A stretch of DNA of 20,000 nucleotides from an uncultured virus (IMG/VR IMGVR_UViG_3300028840_007457) (lineage: Duplodnaviria; Heunggongvirae; Uroviricota; Caudoviricetes), in IMG/VR virus record IMGVR_UViG_3300028840_007457, one strand, 5' to 3'. A program made the translations under genes and the position numbers. Below the pieces are notes generated by a model. That model did not search any database and was not told the DNA's origin. It was given only the letters and a program-made list of their open reading frames with translations. Below are positions 17,182 to 20,000 of this stretch, piece by piece. Numbering within the stretch: position 1 is the first letter of the stretch; each line of letters begins with the position of its first letter.

Positions 17182-17481
17182 ATGGACTCTAAAAGATTAC
17201 ATAGTAAAGTAGAGACGACACAGCTTTGGTCTATTTATAAAGGTAAATACCAGACTTACCACACAATCCGGGTAGAAGATCATGGTATTCTAAATATGAC
17301 GGATTTATCTACACGTAGCTATTATACAGATAGCACAAAAACCAATCTTGGTAGACGCCTTTTATGTGGTACTCGTATGTTACGTAAAGGTAACAAAATC
17401 TTGTATGGAAATGACGTGTGGTACAGACTTAACAAAGATGGTCTTCGATTTGTCCGAGAGGAGAATAAAGATTATGAATAA
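17182..17481 (+). CDS. Hypothetical basic protein
   Basis: AGGGA SD; 99 aa; fills the gap between neighbours. Confidence 0.65.
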   Translation: MDSKRLHSKVETTQLWSIYKGKYQTYHTIRVEDHGILNMTDLSTRSYYTDSTKTNLGRRLLCGTRMLRKGNKILYGNDVWYRLNKDGLRFVREENKDYE

Positions 17482-18124
17482 ACAACAACTAAATACTATT
17501 GATGATTTTATCACTGATGTCTTAATTGACATTGAAGAACGATATGCTTTTGACGAAACTAGAGTATTTGAACCTGAACCCGTGTATGATTATGTACATC
17601 CTCATCTAATGGGAGAGATCGGTTTTTCTCGGGATGTTCAAGTGGGCTACAGATTGGTTACACACAACCCAAATCATGTACTAGAAATTTTGCTAGATAC
17701 AACAGATGATTTTATTGTAATTCTTGACAATAATCTCTTATATAAAAATGTCCAAGAACTTTGGAAAGAAGTTGGAGCACGAAGATTAGCTAAACTTATG
17801 ATGCAGAGGAGTGTAACTGCAGCATCTGATGATCTATTATCTAAAGAAGAAAGAATTCAACTTTTTGATTATGAACGATCCGTTAGATCTACCTTACGTA
17901 ATTTTTTAGATAATGAAGATCGTGTAAGCGCAAATAAAGCTTACGATACTATTGCTAACTTTCAACAAGATCTTAAAGAAATGGGTTTTTGGTATACGGA
18001 TGAACTTGATCTAGTTTTGGAAAAAATACAAAAAAAAGAGCGTTATAGAGCAGCCGATTTAATGGACCGTTGGCTTGAATTTAAATATGCTCCTCAATAT
18101 AGAGAATTAACCCTACAGTATTAA
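17474..18124 (+). CDS. Hypothetical two-module acidic protein
   Basis: SD GAGGAG at 17458-17463, ATG 17474 (MNKQQL), preferred over 17348. Possible degenerate linker RRLAKLMMQRSVTA|AS. Confidence 0.75.
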   Translation: MNKQQLNTIDDFITDVLIDIEERYAFDETRVFEPEPVYDYVHPHLMGEIGFSRDVQVGYRLVTHNPNHVLEILLDTTDDFIVILDNNLLYKNVQELWKEVGARRLAKLMMQRSVTAASDDLLSKEERIQLFDYERSVRSTLRNFLDNEDRVSANKAYDTIANFQQDLKEMGFWYTDELDLVLEKIQKKERYRAADLMDRWLEFKYAPQYRELTLQY

Positions 18125-18128
18125 AACT

Positions 18129-18302
18129 ATGAGTTTTCAATTTGAATTTGATTTTGAAAATAGGGGTAGAAAAAGTACCATTACCCTTGAAGAGGTGAAA
18201 GCTCTCGTAGCTAAATCACTAGAAGACGTTAAAGAGCTAGAAGAAATACTGGACGAGGTGTTTACTCTTCCTCCCACAGCTCGAACGCTCATTTTGAGAT
18301 AA
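18129..18302 (+). CDS. Small hypothetical protein (57 aa) missing from the ORF track
   Basis: Manual translation MSFQFEFDFENRGRKSTITLEEVKALVAKSLEDVKELEEILDEVFTLPPTARTLILR*; fills the gap between genes ending 18124 and starting 18314. Confidence 0.7.
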   Translation: MSFQFEFDFENRGRKSTITLEEVKALVAKSLEDVKELEEILDEVFTLPPTARTLILR

Positions 18303-18313
18303 CGGAGAAAACC

Positions 18314-19462
18314 GTGAAAATTAGAAAATTGAGAATAGCTCAAGAACTTGATCTCTCCAAAGCATTTGAAGGTCTGTCTTCTGAAAAGCTTAAAGCTTTT
18401 AAAGAGGATCAAACTTTCGTTAAACACGCCAAAACCATCATTGATTATTATGGGTCTGCTCTACTGCAACTATGTAATCAAGTAGACACTGCTGGTAAAA
18501 AACTCAATTCAGATCCTGTTGAAGTTGCTATGTGGTCATTAGGTCTACCAGATACTGTTGTTGCTACTTACAAAGCACTTGTTAAACCCTCAAACTACAC
18601 CCAAAGTGAAATGCTAAAGTGGGTACAAAACCAGAAAGAAGCCTCTTTTAAGAGAACTGCTCTTCAGGCTCCCAAAGTAGAAATTGATCCCTCTTACAAT
18701 GAGGTTTTGAAGCAAGAAGAATTCATTAAACAACTGGCTGTTCTACCTGTCACTAAAAAATTTGCCAAACAATTCTACAATCAGTTTGTTACTCCTCTTT
18801 TAGACCATTGTAAAACAGTTAAAGAAGCTCAACAAAATGTGGCTGCTAATCCTTTCACAGCAATTACTGTAGGAGTGGAGTTACCTGCTAAATTAGTTGC
18901 TCAGTACAATCCTCTTGTTAAACAAAGTGATGAAGCTGCTAAGAAATTCAAAGATTGGATTTTTAAAACTAAGAAGCAGTTTGAATCAGTAGATATGGGT
19001 GGTGGTACAATTAACGTTAAAACAAACGCCAGTACAAAAATGGGTAATGGTTGTATTTATCCAAACACAGCTGGAGGAGCTGTTAATTACGCAGCTGAAG
19101 CTATCAAAGAAGTAGAAGCTAACGGTAGTAAACGTGTAACCGCTGAACAGTTTGATAAAGAAGCTCACCAATGGATTGTTCTAGATCACGAGTTGAGAAA
19201 AGCCTACCTGGTAAATTTACTAAAATGCAGTCATAAACCTATAGATTTGAAAGGTAGAAATGCTAAAGTTAAAACGGCTAAAAAGACACCTAAGAAATTT
19301 TCCATAAGTCAAAAATGTTTGTGTGATTATTTTGGAATGCCTTGCACAGGAAATGATGCTGTTAGTTTCGAGCGAAATAAGGATGGTTGGAAAGTCAAGG
19401 GTCAGCCGAGCCCTCTAAGTGACGATCAGGTAGCAGCTTTGTTTAGCAGTTGTAAAAAGTAA
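18314..19462 (+). CDS. Multi-module protein: leader, two tandem ~112-aa repeats, unknown module, C-terminal two-Cys module
   Basis: GGAG SD + GTG; MKIRKLRIA|Q; repeats at 18422-18622 and 18758-18958 separated by KEA|SFKRTA|L; RNA|KVKTA|K precedes the last module. Confidence 0.8.
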   Translation: MKIRKLRIAQELDLSKAFEGLSSEKLKAFKEDQTFVKHAKTIIDYYGSALLQLCNQVDTAGKKLNSDPVEVAMWSLGLPDTVVATYKALVKPSNYTQSEMLKWVQNQKEASFKRTALQAPKVEIDPSYNEVLKQEEFIKQLAVLPVTKKFAKQFYNQFVTPLLDHCKTVKEAQQNVAANPFTAITVGVELPAKLVAQYNPLVKQSDEAAKKFKDWIFKTKKQFESVDMGGGTINVKTNASTKMGNGCIYPNTAGGAVNYAAEAIKEVEANGSKRVTAEQFDKEAHQWIVLDHELRKAYLVNLLKCSHKPIDLKGRNAKVKTAKKTPKKFSISQKCLCDYFGMPCTGNDAVSFERNKDGWKVKGQPSPLSDDQVAALFSSCKK

Positions 19463-19463
19463 A

Positions 19464-20000
19464 ATGACTCCCAATCTTAAAACTACATTTGAGGGAGAGG
19501 GAAGATACCAAGATAATAATCACATTACTAAGAAAGAAAAAGGAACTCTACCACTCATTATAGCTGCACAAATTCTCGGTAAAAAAGGTGAAAGAAGAGA
19601 TTGGCACTACGAAAATGGGGAGAGGTACTTTGGTAATTATCCCGAAGCAGCTTGGAAAAAATTTGTAGAAAACGTCAAACGTCAAGGTATTCTTAACCCA
19701 GTCTTTATTGTAGTAGAGTGGGTAAGTGGAGAACCAAAAGCGTTCGTCTATGAAGGTAACCACCGCATTAAAGCAGCTATACAAGCTGGTTTAGGTGATG
19801 TACCTGTTGAGGTTCGTTACTTTGGTCACAGCGAAAGAGATTTTGAATGGCCCCAAAGACACATCAATAAAAGATACCAGGCTAAAATGTCCAATTTTAA
19901 AAAACCCAATCCAGAAATGGTTTCGTTCTTTAAACAAAGAACCCAAGAGCATATTAATCGCGTAAGCAAGTATATGAAAAAGTTGAAAGGCTTTCCTGGT
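19464..20000 (+). CDS. ParB/Sulfiredoxin-like N-terminal domain protein, truncated by the window edge and absent from the ORF track
   Basis: Open frame from ATG 19464 to the end: ...KKFVENVKRQGILNPVFIVVE...FVYEGNHRIKAAIQAGLGDVPVEVR... (ParB/Srx G-x-x-R signature), then KRYQA|K at 19869 and the start of a second domain (RTQEHINRVSKYM). Confidence 0.8.
   Translation, partial: MTPNLKTTFEGEGRYQDNNHITKKEKGTLPLIIAAQILGKKGERRDWHYENGERYFGNYPEAAWKKFVENVKRQGILNPVFIVVEWVSGEPKAFVYEGNHRIKAAIQAGLGDVPVEVRYFGHSERDFEWPQRHINKRYQAKMSNFKKPNPEMVSFFKQRTQEHINRVSKYMKKLKGFPG

Noticed and set aside
12466..17184. Stop-codon reassignment (TAG at 12468, 12737, 17172; TGA at 14229)
   Set aside because: The standard code already gives near-complete coding density. 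TAG 12468 is followed by TAA three codons later, and the TAG stops are each followed by an SD and a new start. The in-frame junction 17172/17182 is compatible with chance.
1244..19784. All minus-strand ORFs and the alternate-frame + ORF 5834-6016 in the track
   Set aside because: They overlap longer + strand genes that have SDs and coherent motifs; they read as antisense or frame shadows.
19464..19820. Chromosome/plasmid partition gene parB
   Set aside because: Only the ParB/Srx catalytic-type domain is visible; no HTH, parA or parS is seen in the window, so no gene symbol was assigned.

Overview
AT-rich, densely coding, entirely + strand window from a large prokaryotic virus, most likely a tailed jumbo-type phage head/morphogenesis region. 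It opens with a probable prohead (capsid maturation) serine protease (331-1182, HK97/herpes-assemblin-type motifs plus a Cys/His zinc insertion), followed by about 25 mostly unrecognisable genes. The striking feature is a shared grammar. Small cargo modules of roughly 50-150 aa, mostly acidic, are each preceded by an Arg/Lys-rich tag ending in [K/R]-x-A (sometimes S or G), e.g. MLRRRRRRMA|A, MLKRRRRRVA|A, A|SVRRRKKVA|I, KEA|SFKRTA|L. The tag is an N-terminal leader on stand-alone genes and an internal linker that strings modules into long polyprotein-like ORFs (1030, 534, 609, 672, 491, 382 aa). Several internal tags keep their own Shine-Dalgarno + ATG. Paralogous modules recur both stand-alone and fused, with tags at or near their boundaries. 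Inference: a protease-processed, modular virion-cargo (internal head protein) system. Recognisable cargo includes a SprT-like HExxH metalloprotease domain and a ParB/Srx-like domain. No tRNA, rRNA, CRISPR array or mobile element was seen. All family assignments are from motif recognition, not database searches.
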